Position numbers and translations under genes: made by a program. A stretch of DNA of 64,000 bases, from NCBI RefSeq assembly GCF_030028105.1, contig NC_092390.1:37492777-37556776 (forward strand), read 5' to 3'. The notes beneath the pieces are model-generated. The model ran no database searches. It saw only the letters and a list, made by a program, of their open reading frames with translations, and was not told where the DNA came from. The DNA is from Mobula birostris. Taxonomy: Eukaryota. Positions 63,771 to 64,000 of this stretch are shown piece by piece (positions within the stretch are counted from its first letter, which is position 1; every line of letters starts with the position of its first letter).

Positions 63771-64000
63771 TCTCTGTGAAAATAGTTCTGGGTAAGGAGT
63801 CTGAAGCAAGGCAAGACAATTAGCGAAGACATCATTTCATTTTTTTAAAATTCTCATGCAGCAATTTAGATGTATTTTGGGATCAGGCCTACATAACAGA
63901 TCTGTGTATGAGCCTATTGATGAGCAAATTCAGTAGTGGTAATTCCAATGATATTGATCATAAATCTTGTTATTTGTGCTTGCAAGTGAAATTATTGCAT

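Noticed and set aside
1-64000. Prokaryotic systems (CRISPR, retrons, operons) or true tRNA/rRNA genes
   Set aside because: All RT and endonuclease motifs belong to eukaryotic retroelements; tRNA-like boxes occur only as decayed SINE heads; most remaining short ORFs are antisense or off-frame readings of repeats.

Overview
Vertebrate nuclear DNA, most likely from a cartilaginous fish (probably a ray; inferred from the repeat families, not proven). The only host-gene sequence I recognise is one large minus-strand exon (29511..27895), the first coding exon of PLCE1 (phospholipase C epsilon 1, long isoform). The rest of the window is therefore probably PLCE1 intron. It is densely filled with decayed, often nested transposons: CR1, Rex1/Babar, RTE/BovB-like, L1, L2 and Hero-like LINEs, Penelope-like elements carrying minimal hammerhead ribozyme motifs, tRNA-SINEs, Tigger-, hAT- and Tc1-derived DNA elements, a class I-like endogenous retrovirus remnant and a Gypsy (Mag-like) LTR element. 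The most striking feature is the Gypsy element (about 7340-11112). Its RT/RNaseH/integrase core is replaced by an intronless fragment of the mRNA for the host splicing factor RBM25, which points to LTR-mediated capture of a host gene. Repeat boundaries were read by eye and are approximate unless a target-site duplication (TSD) is quoted. All protein-family assignments come from recalled motifs, not from a search.
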